Made by a program: the position numbers and the translations under genes | The notes under the pieces: generated by a model | What the model was told of the DNA's origin: nothing | Database searches by the model: none | What the model saw: the letters and a program-made list of their open reading frames with translations, nothing else | IMG/VR virus record: IMGVR_UViG_3300032335_000219 | Location: 1-37,195 of that record | Source of the DNA: a virus | Lineage: Duplodnaviria > Caudoviricetes | Length of the DNA stretch: 37,195 nt | Direction: 5' to 3' (one strand) | Shown: positions 17,509-26,285 of the stretch, piece by piece | How positions within the stretch are numbered: the stretch's first letter is position 1 | How the letters are laid out: each line of letters begins with the position of its first letter

Positions 17509-18306
17509 ATGCGCCTACTCAGCCGTGCTATTAAGACAGCATCACAAGGTGGTGCAACGCTTCCAGTTGTGTGGCAATCTCTTGCTGCTCAACAAATAGC
17601 AATCCGTTACGGCGAGGTAAGCATGATTGCTGGACCGCCAGGGGCAGGTAAGTCAACACTTGCTTTGTCCTTGGCAGTCCGTGCAAAAGTTCCAACTCTT
17701 TATATCTCAGCAGATACACACTCCCACACCATGAGCCTTCGTTTACTTGCTCTGCTTACAGGCAGACAACAACAAGATGTTGAGCCATTGATGGAAGCAG
17801 ATAGGGATTGGGCAGCACAAATGCTTAAGCCTGCTGACCACATTATGTGGGAGTTTGATTCATCACCAACGCTTAAAGATATTGAAGATGCAGTTCTTGC
17901 ATCTCGTGAACGCTTAGGTGAGGATGTGCGTTTAATCGTATTAGATAACGCAGTAGATGTGACGATGGATTCTCAAGATGAGTGGGGCGGATTGCGTACC
18001 TTAATGAAAGAACTTAAATGGTGGGCTAGAGAAACTGGAGCAGCGGTAGTTGTGTGTCATCACACCAGCGAAGGCGTGCCAGGAAATCCATGTCCTCCAC
18101 AAAAAGCACTGCATGGAAAGGTGGCACAGACTCCTTCTCTAATACTTACTGTTCATAATCAAGTTTCTACAATGGGTGTATGTGCAGTTAAAAACCGTTA
18201 CGGTCCAGCAGATGCTACTGGTGGTACACCAGTGTGGTTGTCGTATGAACCAGCATCAATGCAAATCAATGATGTTATTTCATACGAACCAATGCAGTTA
18301 GTTTAG
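17509..18306 (+). CDS. DnaB/RecA-family helicase
   Basis: Walker A GPPGAGKS, LYISAD, LIVLD, VVCHH, VKNRYGP. Confidence 0.88.
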   Translation: MRLLSRAIKTASQGGATLPVVWQSLAAQQIAIRYGEVSMIAGPPGAGKSTLALSLAVRAKVPTLYISADTHSHTMSLRLLALLTGRQQQDVEPLMEADRDWAAQMLKPADHIMWEFDSSPTLKDIEDAVLASRERLGEDVRLIVLDNAVDVTMDSQDEWGGLRTLMKELKWWARETGAAVVVCHHTSEGVPGNPCPPQKALHGKVAQTPSLILTVHNQVSTMGVCAVKNRYGPADATGGTPVWLSYEPASMQINDVISYEPMQLV

Positions 18307-18314
18307 GAGAACAC

Positions 18315-18632
18315 ATGTGGGAACTTACAGTAGTTGAAAATGCAGGAGAAATTCCAGCATCAAGAATTAAGGATGAGATTGCGGTAGAAACTAAGCCACT
18401 CCTTATAGATATAAAGGCGCAGTTAATGCTGATGCCTAAGACACTCGTATACACCGTTGGTTGGAGGGCACTTGTTTGGCAAAATAAAGAAACTGGTCGG
18501 TTTAAAGACATCACCGATGAAGAATACGAAGAATACACTAGAACTGGCACTATCAATTCAGCCTCATCAACTGGCACAGATAGTGGAAAAGTTAGACCTT
18601 CCGATGGAGGTGAAGGAAACACTAAAAAGTGA
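18315..18632 (+). CDS. Hypothetical protein
   Basis: SD AGGAG before ATG 18315. Confidence 0.65.
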   Translation: MWELTVVENAGEIPASRIKDEIAVETKPLLIDIKAQLMLMPKTLVYTVGWRALVWQNKETGRFKDITDEEYEEYTRTGTINSASSTGTDSGKVRPSDGGEGNTKK

Positions 18633-18882
18633 GATACCTCAAGTCCTAGAACGGATGGAGGATGTCGCTAAAAAGATTTATGACCCTCAACAAATATGGT
18701 TGGAGTCAATGCAGTTTGCTGATTATGTAACTCAATTAGCAAAACATCTAAACGAGGACCATGGGCGTGAGTGTATTGATGAGATAGTTGAACAGTTAAT
18801 TAACATGTCTAACTCGTTTAAACAAATGGGAGAGAACGCACTACGGGTTCTTGATGAAGCAGAAGGAGAGCACAATGGCTAA
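18457..18882 (+). CDS. Hypothetical helical protein (start uncertain, possibly 18517)
   Basis: Fills the gap to the next gene; overlaps the tail of the previous ORF. Confidence 0.6.
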   Translation: MVGGHLFGKIKKLVGLKTSPMKNTKNTLELALSIQPHQLAQIVEKLDLPMEVKETLKSEIPQVLERMEDVAKKIYDPQQIWLESMQFADYVTQLAKHLNEDHGRECIDEIVEQLINMSNSFKQMGENALRVLDEAEGEHNG

Positions 18883-19606
18883 CAGTAATCAGGAAACATT
18901 ATCTCTTGGTTGGTGTGATAACGGTATGGTAGATGGCAAGTTTGCCGAAGGTATTATGTACACCACGGTGACTGCACCTACTCATAAGATGGCAATTAAC
19001 AATGCTATCCGTGTTCAAGGTAATCAAATTGGCAGACAACGCCAAGCGTTGCTCGACATGTGGTATGACAAAGTAAAGACAGACTGGTTGTTATGGGTTG
19101 ACTCTGACATTGTGCTTACTACTGAGGTGCTTGGCATGCTATGGAAGATAGCCGATAAGAACACCAAGCCAGTTGTATGTGGCACTTACTTTATTTCCAA
19201 GCAAATGGAATCTTCATTGATGCAACCTATGCCTGCTTTGTTTACCGAGATTAGTGAGTTTGAAATTAAATACTTACACCCACTACCTAAGGATGAAGTA
19301 GTAAAGGTTGACTGTGCTGGCTTAGGTCTTACCCTGATGCATCGCAATGTTGTTCCCAAGTTGCGTGCTATCTCACCTGATTACTCGGTCTTTGCCGAGA
19401 AGGAAGGGCTAGGAGATAAGTATATTGGTGAGGACATTGTGTTCTTCCGTAACTTAAAGAAGGCAGGCATTGATGTGTATGCACATACTGGTGCCGTTGT
19501 TAAACACATGAAGCGATTTGCTTATGATGAAAATTATTATGCGTTGTATTGGCAGGCTGCAGCAGCAGCAGAGAGGCAAACAAATGGCGAGCCAACAGCA
19601 AAGTAA
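18875..19606 (+). CDS. GT-A fold glycosyltransferase (GT2-like)
   Basis: WLLWVDSDI (DxD), GLGLTLMHR, GEDIVFF, VKHMK; SD AAGGAG before 18875. Confidence 0.8.
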   Translation: MANSNQETLSLGWCDNGMVDGKFAEGIMYTTVTAPTHKMAINNAIRVQGNQIGRQRQALLDMWYDKVKTDWLLWVDSDIVLTTEVLGMLWKIADKNTKPVVCGTYFISKQMESSLMQPMPALFTEISEFEIKYLHPLPKDEVVKVDCAGLGLTLMHRNVVPKLRAISPDYSVFAEKEGLGDKYIGEDIVFFRNLKKAGIDVYAHTGAVVKHMKRFAYDENYYALYWQAAAAAERQTNGEPTAK

Positions 19607-19949
19607 CAAGCGTAGAGGTGCATCGTTTGAGATAGACCTGGCTGATTGGTTTATGCAGCAGGGTTTAAACGCTCAACGCTTACCTCGTGCTGGTCGTAAT
19701 GACATCGGTGATGTATTTCTACCAGCAACCAATGACATCTATGTGATTGAAGCCAAGGCTCCACGCAGAGATGGCAAGGTAGACCTATCAGGTTGGTTGC
19801 GTGAAGCACACCTTGAAGCAGATAACTACCGTAAGTCTAAGAACATGAAGGTAACACCAACCCCATTGGTAATTATTAAGGCATCTAACAAAGGAATTGA
19901 GGATGCCTATGTTGTTCAAAGACTGGGTGATGTCCTTGCAAAACTCTAA
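19584..19949 (+). CDS. Holliday-junction resolvase-like PD-(D/E)xK nuclease
   Basis: NKRRGASFE...DIGDV...VIEAK. Confidence 0.75.
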   Translation: MASQQQSNKRRGASFEIDLADWFMQQGLNAQRLPRAGRNDIGDVFLPATNDIYVIEAKAPRRDGKVDLSGWLREAHLEADNYRKSKNMKVTPTPLVIIKASNKGIEDAYVVQRLGDVLAKL

Positions 19950-20307
19950 ACATGACATCGTTAAAGTTCTTGAACATTATGGATTTGAAATACCACATGG
20001 TAGGCGTGGGTGGTTCACACTGCGTTGCGCTTTCCATGGTGATAGAGTTAAGTCAGCCCGTTTAAACATAGACAACGGTGGGTTTCGTTGCTTTGGTTGT
20101 GAGATGGCTGGTGATGTTTATTCATTGATTATGAAACGAGAAGGAGTTGGGTTTAATGAGGCTAAGCAAATCGCAGAAAGAATTACTGGCGAGAGCAACG
20201 GAGAATTACGAAAGAAACCTAACGGAGATACTTCCGTATCTGACGAGCAGAGGTATCACAGAACAGACCGCTCGTATATTTCGCCTCGGCTTCGTAAGAG
20301 AGCCTGA
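19930..20307 (+). CDS. Primase zinc-binding (CHC2) subunit
   Basis: CAFHGD...SARLN...FRCFGC...GDVYSLIM. Confidence 0.85.
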   Translation: MSLQNSKHDIVKVLEHYGFEIPHGRRGWFTLRCAFHGDRVKSARLNIDNGGFRCFGCEMAGDVYSLIMKREGVGFNEAKQIAERITGESNGELRKKPNGDTSVSDEQRYHRTDRSYISPRLRKRA

Positions 20308-20773
20308 GATTGGACATGAACCTTACGCTGGTAAGTTAGCAATCCCATACCTAACACCAACAGGAGTCATTGATATAAGGTTCCGCAGTTTAAACGCTGA
20401 TACGGGTCCGAAATATATGAGCAGACCAGGGGCAACAACACACATCTTTAACATCAATGCATTGGGCGATGATACAGATGTCCTTGTTATATGTGAAGGT
20501 GAACTTGATACCGTTGTTGCTACACAAGCAGGCTTTAGTGCAGTTGGTTTGCCTGGGGCTAACAACTGGAAATCTTTTTATTCTCGTGTGCTTGCTGACT
20601 GGGCAAAGGTTATCTTGTTATGCGATGGTGACAATGCTGGTCGTGAAATGGCTAAGCATTTAAGTAGAGAACTAGACAATGTATTCCCTGTGTTTATGCC
20701 TGAGGGTCAGGATGTTAACGATGTCTACCTAATGGAAGGCGCAGATGGATTGCGTAAGAGGGCAGGCGTTTAA
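20156..20773 (+). CDS. Primase TOPRIM subunit
   Basis: YLTSRGI, AIPY, ICEGELD, DGDNAG, DVND; own SD AAGGAG 20141-46. Confidence 0.88.
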   Translation: MRLSKSQKELLARATENYERNLTEILPYLTSRGITEQTARIFRLGFVREPEIGHEPYAGKLAIPYLTPTGVIDIRFRSLNADTGPKYMSRPGATTHIFNINALGDDTDVLVICEGELDTVVATQAGFSAVGLPGANNWKSFYSRVLADWAKVILLCDGDNAGREMAKHLSRELDNVFPVFMPEGQDVNDVYLMEGADGLRKRAGV

Positions 20774-20775
20774 AC

Positions 20776-21165
20776 ATGATGGTAAAGAACTCGTCTTTTG
20801 ATTTAGACTTTGGATTTGGTCGCAAGGGCGAGCAATTAGTTGAGGCTTTACTAACAGAAGGTAAGACAGTTGAGGTCAAGCGTGACCGCAAATGGTGGAG
20901 CACGAACAACATTTATGTAGAGGTTGAGTGTTGGTTTAACAAGAGCAAATCATGGGAGCCATCGGGCTTGATGGTTACGACTGCGGAATACTGGGCATTT
21001 GTATTGGAGCGTGGTGTGATTATGGTACCCACTGACCATGTGCATCATGCAATTAAAGAGTTTGGCAGGGAAATAACCTGCGAGATACCACCTAACTGGA
21101 GCAAGGGTTATCTAATTACGGTAGAAGATTTAATGGCAGCAATGAGGATACTTAAAAATGGATAA
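20776..21165 (+). CDS. Putative PD-(D/E)xK-like nuclease
   Basis: FDLDFGFGRKGE...VEVKRD...NIYVE...PSGL...AEYW. Confidence 0.55.
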   Translation: MMVKNSSFDLDFGFGRKGEQLVEALLTEGKTVEVKRDRKWWSTNNIYVEVECWFNKSKSWEPSGLMVTTAEYWAFVLERGVIMVPTDHVHHAIKEFGREITCEIPPNWSKGYLITVEDLMAAMRILKNG

Positions 21166-21808
21166 CGATAAAGAATTATTATGGGAAACCGTATACAAAG
21201 TAGCACGCCTTAGTGCCACACGATGCGTGCGTATTCATCGCCACCTTGTAACGGCAGATGATGTGTTCCAACACCTAAGCCTTTGGGCAGTAGAACATTG
21301 GCACAAGATTGAGGAGTGGGAAAGTCAAGACTCATTGGTGTTTAAACTTAAGCGCACCTTTAACAATGAGTCGCAGAAGTTTGCCAGTAAAGAGCGTGCA
21401 TACAAGAGTAAATCTGTACCCTCTGATGCTTTCTATTACACACATGAGATACTTCAAGAGTTGCTTAAAGATGTATGGCACTATGAGCAGTGGGTACAGT
21501 CAGCAACACCTAGTGATGGTGAGTTCATTAGTAAATCAAGTAAGCCAAGTGAAGGCATGAACCGTGAGGCTATGTTGTCAGATGTTAGCGGCGCATTACA
21601 GCGTTTAAACGAACAAGACAAACTTCTCCTGCGGCGTAGGTTTGATGGCGGTGGCATGGACTTTGATGCACTCGCTATTGAATACTCGGTTAGTGATGAA
21701 GCCTTGCGTAAGCGTGTCAGTCGTGCACTTACCAAGTTGCAAGAAAGATTGGGTGGAGAACAACCTCAATGGAACAATCGTAGATATAGGAAACCTGATA
21801 ATGATTAG
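21158..21808 (+). CDS. Sigma-70/ECF-like factor with region-4 HTH
   Basis: DDVFQHL region-2-like segment; ALQRLNEQDKLLLRRRF...LAIEYSVSDEALRKRVSRALTKL. Confidence 0.75.
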   Translation: MDNDKELLWETVYKVARLSATRCVRIHRHLVTADDVFQHLSLWAVEHWHKIEEWESQDSLVFKLKRTFNNESQKFASKERAYKSKSVPSDAFYYTHEILQELLKDVWHYEQWVQSATPSDGEFISKSSKPSEGMNREAMLSDVSGALQRLNEQDKLLLRRRFDGGGMDFDALAIEYSVSDEALRKRVSRALTKLQERLGGEQPQWNNRRYRKPDND

Positions 21809-21962
21809 ACCCAAGTACCAACGCATGAAACCATGGAACTTAATAGGACTCCCGTTGTATTATATTGGTATCTGTTTAAACGATATTGGATACTACATCT
21901 ATGTAGCAGGTGATAAAATAATTTGGTATAAGCGCAAACAGATTGGATACACAAAGAAATGA
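21801..21962 (+). CDS. 53-aa hypothetical protein
   Basis: MIRPKYQRMKPWNLIGLPLYYIG...; overlaps the previous stop; ATGA to the next gene. Confidence 0.55.
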   Translation: MIRPKYQRMKPWNLIGLPLYYIGICLNDIGYYIYVAGDKIIWYKRKQIGYTKK

Positions 21963-22063
21963 GTGAGAATAAAATAGATGTTAAATGTTTTCATTGCTCT
22001 AAAGAATTTTATGTAGAGGAATCATCAGTAAGAACACCCTACTATTGCTGGAGTTGCAGATGA
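21959..22063 (+). CDS. 34-aa zinc-ribbon peptide (not in ORF track)
   Basis: MSENKIDVKCFHCSKEFYVEESSVRTPYYCWSCR; ATGA overlaps at both ends. Confidence 0.7.
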   Translation: MSENKIDVKCFHCSKEFYVEESSVRTPYYCWSCR

Positions 22064-22593
22064 TTATAGGTTTGAGTGGGTACGCACAGTCAGGTAAAGA
22101 TACAGTTGCTGAACTGTTGTGTTTAAATTATGGGTTCAAGCGTATATCTTTTGCATTACCTATGCGTGATGCGGTCTATACACTCAACCCAATAGTTGAA
22201 GGTGGCAATCGTGTTTCTGATTTAGTAGATGAGTATGGTTGGGATATAGCCAAGGCGGTTCCTGAGGTACGCAGATTACTTCAAGTGTTTGGTACTGAGG
22301 TAGGTCGCAATCTATTTGGTGAAACCTTTTGGATTGACCAAGCGTTTAAACGAGCAGAAGAATACCAACGAGTAGTGTTCTCCGATGTGCGCTTTCCTAA
22401 TGAAGCAAAGGCTATTCAACAAAGAAGCGGTGATGTGTGGCGTATCAATAGACACAATCACACTGCAGTTAATGGACATACATCAGAGCATGCAATGGAT
22501 AACTTTATGTTTAAACATGTTATCTATAATGATGGAACGCTTAATGATTTATCTGATGAAGTGTTTATGCTTGCTAAACAATTAAATTTGTAA
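22060..22593 (+). CDS. Deoxynucleoside monophosphate kinase
   Basis: IIGLSGYAQSGKDT, SFA, RRLLQVFGTE, DVRFPNE, HTSE. Confidence 0.9.
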   Translation: MIIGLSGYAQSGKDTVAELLCLNYGFKRISFALPMRDAVYTLNPIVEGGNRVSDLVDEYGWDIAKAVPEVRRLLQVFGTEVGRNLFGETFWIDQAFKRAEEYQRVVFSDVRFPNEAKAIQQRSGDVWRINRHNHTAVNGHTSEHAMDNFMFKHVIYNDGTLNDLSDEVFMLAKQLNL

Positions 22594-22594
22594 A

Positions 22595-22685
22595 ATACAG
22601 AAGCCCTCTCGCAAAGACTGGAATCCGCAAGAGGGCTTTTGTATGCTCACCTATCCTATACTTCCCCTTTATAGGGCAGGTGAGC
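22595..22685. ncRNA. Twin long hairpins at the convergence of the + and - operons (terminator and/or small RNA)
   Basis: 18-bp stem 22595-612/22627-644 with loop AAAGACTGGAATCC; 16-bp stem 22645-660/22670-685 with loop CTTCCCCTT. Confidence 0.6.
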
Positions 22686-22697
22686 GGTCTTACTGTA

Positions 22698-23042
22698 TCA
22701 CATTGCAATCCCTCGTGGGTCAGACACCTGTATGTTCAAGAGTCTGCGTGCTTGTGCCCTACGAAATGGCGTAGTGCCACCCCATATCCCACTCTTTTCA
22801 TGGACTAACCCCCACTCCAAACACATCTGCATAACTGGGCACTCCACACACATGCGAGCAAACAATCTTTCCTCCTCAGGTGTGAAGATGTCTTTGTCGG
22901 GGTAAAACAATTCAACATCTAACCCCTTACATGCAGCCTTCTCAGTTAGTTCGGGATTCCATCGCAGTTTAAACGCATCAAATCCCTTACCTCGGTAGCG
23001 AGCCTCTCTTGTTTCCATAATTCGGTGGTGTTTAATCTCCAT
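22698..23042 (-). CDS. whiB: WhiB-family Fe-S transcription factor
   Basis: AACKG...FYP...CVECPVMQMC...GIWGG; four Cys plus G(I/V)WGG; ATG 23042 overlaps the upstream stop. Confidence 0.93.
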   Translation of the reverse strand: MEIKHHRIMETREARYRGKGFDAFKLRWNPELTEKAACKGLDVELFYPDKDIFTPEEERLFARMCVECPVMQMCLEWGLVHEKSGIWGGTTPFRRAQARRLLNIQVSDPRGIAM

Positions 23043-23479
23043 TAGTACCAATTCTTGGCTAAGTGATGAGCGTAGGCTCTGCATATACCACGAGTCTTGC
23101 CATATTTTCTTTCGATATAAGCAAGCCCAGCATCTACTTGTCTAAACCCATTAAGTGTAGGTTTCATATCTATATTTACCCAAGTTTCAGGCATGAGTTG
23201 TGCTATACCTAACGCACCACTTGATTTGTTGCGTGCCTTTGGTCGCCAGTTGCTCTCCTCTGTCCATAATTCAAAGAGGCATGGGTACTGCTCAAGTTTA
23301 TCTTGCTTGATTAGTTCATTGATTGCGTACTGTTGATACACATTGTCATAGTATGCAACCACTTGTCCTTGTGGTTGGTGTCCGTTTATCTGCACCCTTG
23401 GATTAAATACTAGAAAGATTCCAAGAACAACAACCGTTGCTATCCATATTCGTGCATGCGGGTGTATCTGTTTAAACAT
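23042..23479 (-). CDS. Membrane-anchored lytic transglycosylase (SLT-like)
   Basis: N-terminal TM segment; EESNW...ARNKSSGALGIAQ...GLAYIERKYG...WY. Confidence 0.85.
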   Translation of the reverse strand: MFKQIHPHARIWIATVVVLGIFLVFNPRVQINGHQPQGQVVAYYDNVYQQYAINELIKQDKLEQYPCLFELWTEESNWRPKARNKSSGALGIAQLMPETWVNIDMKPTLNGFRQVDAGLAYIERKYGKTRGICRAYAHHLAKNWY

Positions 23480-23834
23480 ATTCTGCCTCCAGTTTCACAC
23501 GGTTTCCACACACTCGTTTAATAAATGCGAGTATGTCTTGAGGTATATCTGTGTCATTACCTTCGGCATCTGTCATGCCCACCACAATCATGTTGCCCAC
23601 AATCTTGGGTGCGTTGCCAAACATAAACGAGAGTGCGCTCGCTACTGAATTGAAAGAGAGTTGTTTAAGTAATCCCTCCTCATTTACATAGCCTTGGCAT
23701 ACACCATCACCAAAGAAATCGTACATACCAATGGGTTCAATCAACCCATCAACGGCAGTCTGCATGTCGGAGAGTTGTTTAAACTCCTTCTCCTCGTATG
23801 TCCCATCTGTGTATAGCACTGCACCTTTAGCCAT
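23472..23834 (-). CDS. DUF3846-like protein
   Basis: MQTAVDGLIE...YVNEEGLL...N..AS...IVGNMIVVG. Confidence 0.7.
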   Translation of the reverse strand: MAKGAVLYTDGTYEEKEFKQLSDMQTAVDGLIEPIGMYDFFGDGVCQGYVNEEGLLKQLSFNSVASALSFMFGNAPKIVGNMIVVGMTDAEGNDTDIPQDILAFIKRVCGNRVKLEAEYV

Positions 23835-24010
23835 TAGTTGTGCCAACCTTCCTTGAGTACACCGTTCTCGTACTCTCTGCCTACCTTATAGAGTTCACCG
23901 AGTTTATTTATTTCCTCGCTGATTTTATTAAGAAATGATTTGCGCTTATCACTGTCTAAGTGCGACACCATTTCCTCTGTGATTTCACAACGCCATATAG
24001 TCTGACTCAT
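23834..24010 (-). CDS. 58-aa hypothetical protein (not in ORF track)
   Basis: MSQTIWRCEITEEMVSHLDSDKRKSFLNKISEEINKLGELYKVGREYENGVLKEGWHN; TAATG coupling at both ends; SD AAGGGGAG. Confidence 0.75.
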   Translation of the reverse strand: MSQTIWRCEITEEMVSHLDSDKRKSFLNKISEEINKLGELYKVGREYENGVLKEGWHN

Positions 24011-24210
24011 TAGTTGCTCCCCTTTAGTTCAGCAAGTGTTTGTTCAAGCAGGGCTATGCGTTCAGCCCTGTTTAAACGAGGTGTGATTCCATACTTTAAC
24101 TTGGCTGCTTTTAATACCGCCTCGTATTCATCGGTGTGATTAGCAATAAGTAATTGAGTTGCCTCATACTTTGCCTTGGCGTACATGTTAGTTGAAGCAC
24201 TAGCAGCCAT
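24010..24210 (-). CDS. Hypothetical helical protein
   Basis: TAATG coupling; upstream AAAGGACTGG. Confidence 0.7.
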   Translation of the reverse strand: MAASASTNMYAKAKYEATQLLIANHTDEYEAVLKAAKLKYGITPRLNRAERIALLEQTLAELKGSN

Positions 24211-24464
24211 TAAAGCACCAGTCCTTTCATCATGTTGTTAAGGTCAGCCAGTGCAAGGTCGTCTGCGTTGTACTTGCAGCCGTCAATAGTTGCCTTGTTC
24301 TCTAGCCCTGCAACCTTAACCCAATCACGATAAGGCTTGACTCCTTTATAGTCCTTCATAAATAAGCAAGCGCTTAGGTATAGGGCATAGTCGTTGTTAA
24401 TCCACAACGCAATGTTCCAAGTGTTACGGTTTTTCCAACCGTTGTATGTGGTTTCTTTACTCAC
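24210..24464 (-). CDS. Conserved-type phage early protein (YNGWxNxxTW family)
   Basis: [21 protein letters not shown]; GTG start at 24464 or 24473. Confidence 0.75.
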   Translation of the reverse strand: MSKETTYNGWKNRNTWNIALWINNDYALYLSACLFMKDYKGVKPYRDWVKVAGLENKATIDGCKYNADDLALADLNNMMKGLVL

Positions 24465-24636
24465 GACCAACACCTTCTTTCATACATTTTGCACACACTT
24501 GGTATGCATCTATATCACCTTCGTTGCCATGATAATCAGGTCTAAGGTATTCGGTAGTTGCTTTCTTATTGCACCATGCACACAAGCCGATGCGTGTACC
24601 CCATACTGGGGTGGGTTTAGAAGTTGTTAAGGTCAT
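24457..24636 (-). CDS. 59-aa zinc-finger protein (not in ORF track)
   Basis: [25 protein letters not shown]...[15 protein letters not shown]. Confidence 0.65.
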   Translation of the reverse strand: MTLTTSKPTPVWGTRIGLCAWCNKKATTEYLRPDYHGNEGDIDAYQVCAKCMKEGVGRE

Positions 24637-24793
24637 GGGTTTCCACCTGCTTGTTTAGTTGGCGTACTCGTTGGCGTAGATAAGCGTTCTGTCCATTGAG
24701 TGTGATGTTTTGTTTGATTGCTAATCCCATTACGGTTAGCGCACCCAATAGGGCGATGATTGTGGCGATGATGTCGCCAGTTCCTAGATACAT
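24617..24793 (-). CDS. 58-aa TM plus coiled-coil peptide (not in ORF track)
   Basis: MYLGTGDIIATIIALLGALTVMGLAIKQN...LRQRVRQLNKQ; preceded by AAAGGACTGG and a promoter. Confidence 0.7.
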   Translation of the reverse strand: MYLGTGDIIATIIALLGALTVMGLAIKQNITLNGQNAYLRQRVRQLNKQVETHDLNNF

Positions 24794-24834
24794 ACCAGTC
24801 CTTTGTTTAGTGTAGCGGTGTTGCTACATGTCCG

Positions 24835-24863
24835 ATTATTCAGGAGGCACCAAGTAAAGTCAA
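24835..24863 (-). promoter_or_regulatory. Housekeeping-sigma-type early promoter
   Basis: TTGACT-N17-AATAAT with an AT-rich upstream tract. Confidence 0.65.
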
Positions 24864-25080
24864 GGATATTTGAAAAGATTTTTAAATTATTTATTTGTTT
24901 AAACAGTTTCACCACATGATGCGGTGAAACCTATTCTACCATGGCTGTCAAGTGTATGTTTAAACATGATGACATGCCAGACCCACCACCACCGCCTCCA
25001 CCACCACCAATGTTTAAACAAAGTTCTTGCATGGCACTGAAGATGGTTGTTTAAACGCTTGAAGATGCCAGACTGAGGGC

Positions 25081-25117
25081 AAATAAAAAACCCCCGCATT
25101 AGCGGGGGTTGTTTATT
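25081..25117 (-). terminator. Intrinsic terminator after the amidotransferase gene
   Basis: CCCCCGC/GCGGGGG stem; T6 run on the - strand, weaker T-run on +. Confidence 0.85.
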
Positions 25118-25124
25118 CTATTGT

Positions 25125-25928
25125 TTAGAATAGATGTGTGTCGTAATAACTAGATGTTTGTGAGTGCTCACTGTAATCATCGTAATACTTTGAGCGCCAG
25201 TTGTTTGTATACACCTGTTTAAATGGTGTGAAGTTCTGATGCTCCACAATTTTACCGTTCTTAATCTTGAAGTATTCACCCTCATCTGCATCGTGAACCC
25301 AGTCAAGAGTTGAGTCCAGCATAATCGCTGCGTTCTCAATGGTCTGCTTGGTTGAACCGTAAACCAGCGAACCTGATTTAGTTTGTGCAATCCATAGCGG
25401 TGATGAATTGATGCGTGCTAAGTGCAATGTGTTGCCCTTGCCTTGTTCAATCCAAGCCAGTGCTGCGGTGCCTTGTACACGAGAGAGTGCCTCGGCAATA
25501 GGCGCATTAGTAAATGCAATCAATGCAGCCACTGCCTCACTGTCAACCTGACCAATGCGAGGAACCTTTAACTGTTTAAACAACGCAACATCGTTGCTGA
25601 TGTGTCCGTTGTGAGTGAGTACGATTTTGCCACGAGGAATTGGGTGGTTGTTATCGTTTACTTTTGGGTCGCCTTGTGTAGCCCAGCGAGTGTGCAAGAT
25701 TGCAGTTGTAGCGCCAGCGCATGCACGCTTGCCCGCTTCGGTCTTAATGAACCGAGTCGCATCTACTGCAGCCTTGGTGATAACCCTCTTGCCTGTGCTT
25801 GGGTTAATCCATGCCACACCAGTGGCATCTTGACCACGATGTTCAATGTCCAGCAGCATCTGTGCTGCTAGGTCTGTTTGATTCTGATTGTGCTTAGGGT
25901 TTAAGCAGAAGCCAGCGATTCCACACAT
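25125..25928 (-). CDS. Class II (Ntn) glutamine amidotransferase
   Basis: MCGIAG, HRGQDATG, HTRWAT, NNHP, HNGHISN, VDSE, SPL. Confidence 0.92.
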   Translation of the reverse strand: MCGIAGFCLNPKHNQNQTDLAAQMLLDIEHRGQDATGVAWINPSTGKRVITKAAVDATRFIKTEAGKRACAGATTAILHTRWATQGDPKVNDNNHPIPRGKIVLTHNGHISNDVALFKQLKVPRIGQVDSEAVAALIAFTNAPIAEALSRVQGTAALAWIEQGKGNTLHLARINSSPLWIAQTKSGSLVYGSTKQTIENAAIMLDSTLDWVHDADEGEYFKIKNGKIVEHQNFTPFKQVYTNNWRSKYYDDYSEHSQTSSYYDTHLF

Positions 25929-25964
25929 AATTTATTTCTCCAGTCTGTAGTAGTTAATAAGTGA

Positions 25965-25973
25965 ATTGTACCA
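25965..25973 (-). promoter_or_regulatory. Extended -10 element
   Basis: TG-G-TACAAT about 37 nt upstream of the amidotransferase ATG. Confidence 0.5.
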
Positions 25974-25976
25974 CAC

Positions 25977-26063
25977 CTACTTGGTGAGGTAATACCATGC
26001 CCATGTTCCAGCAATAAGCATGACCAGCAATAAAGCCCGACCATCAAAGATTGACATGTCCAT
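25977..26063 (-). CDS. 28-aa membrane peptide (not in ORF track)
   Basis: MDMSIFDGRALLLVMLIAGTWAWYYLTK; starts 2 nt after the previous stop. Confidence 0.5.
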   Translation of the reverse strand: MDMSIFDGRALLLVMLIAGTWAWYYLTK

Positions 26064-26065
26064 GT

Positions 26066-26236
26066 TTAAACACCAACCCAGTTCTCATCTACGAATTGCA
26101 AACTATCGTTTGCTTCGTATCCTTCGCCAGCCTCTAATGAAGCCAGCCCTAATTGCAAGGCTTCGGCTTCGGTTGATGCCTCTACCTTTACCTCGTACCA
26201 AGTTGTCGCTTTACGCTGCACCCGATAAGTTTTCAT
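26066..26236 (-). CDS. 56-aa acidic hypothetical protein (not in ORF track)
   Basis: MKTYRVQRKATTWYEVKVEASTEAEALQLG...; preceded by GAAAGGACTGGAA. Confidence 0.75.
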   Translation of the reverse strand: MKTYRVQRKATTWYEVKVEASTEAEALQLGLASLEAGEGYEANDSLQFVDENWVGV

Positions 26237-26285
26237 TTCCAGTCCTTTCGTTTAAACGGTACCGAGGATTTCCCGATTCCGTTTG

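Noticed and set aside
24906-24930. parS-like palindrome
   Set aside because: Arms match GTTTCAC/GTGAAAC but are separated by 11 extra bases, and no parAB is present.
24897-25056. Four TGTTTAAAC units as a mini CRISPR array
   Set aside because: Repeat is only 9-10 bp, periods are irregular (61, 54, 37) and there is no cas operon; the Cas4-like gene is a normal phage exonuclease.
24899-25099. 66-aa Trp-rich minus-strand ORF
   Set aside because: Starts inside the terminator hairpin; the Trp run comes from the (CCA)n tract.
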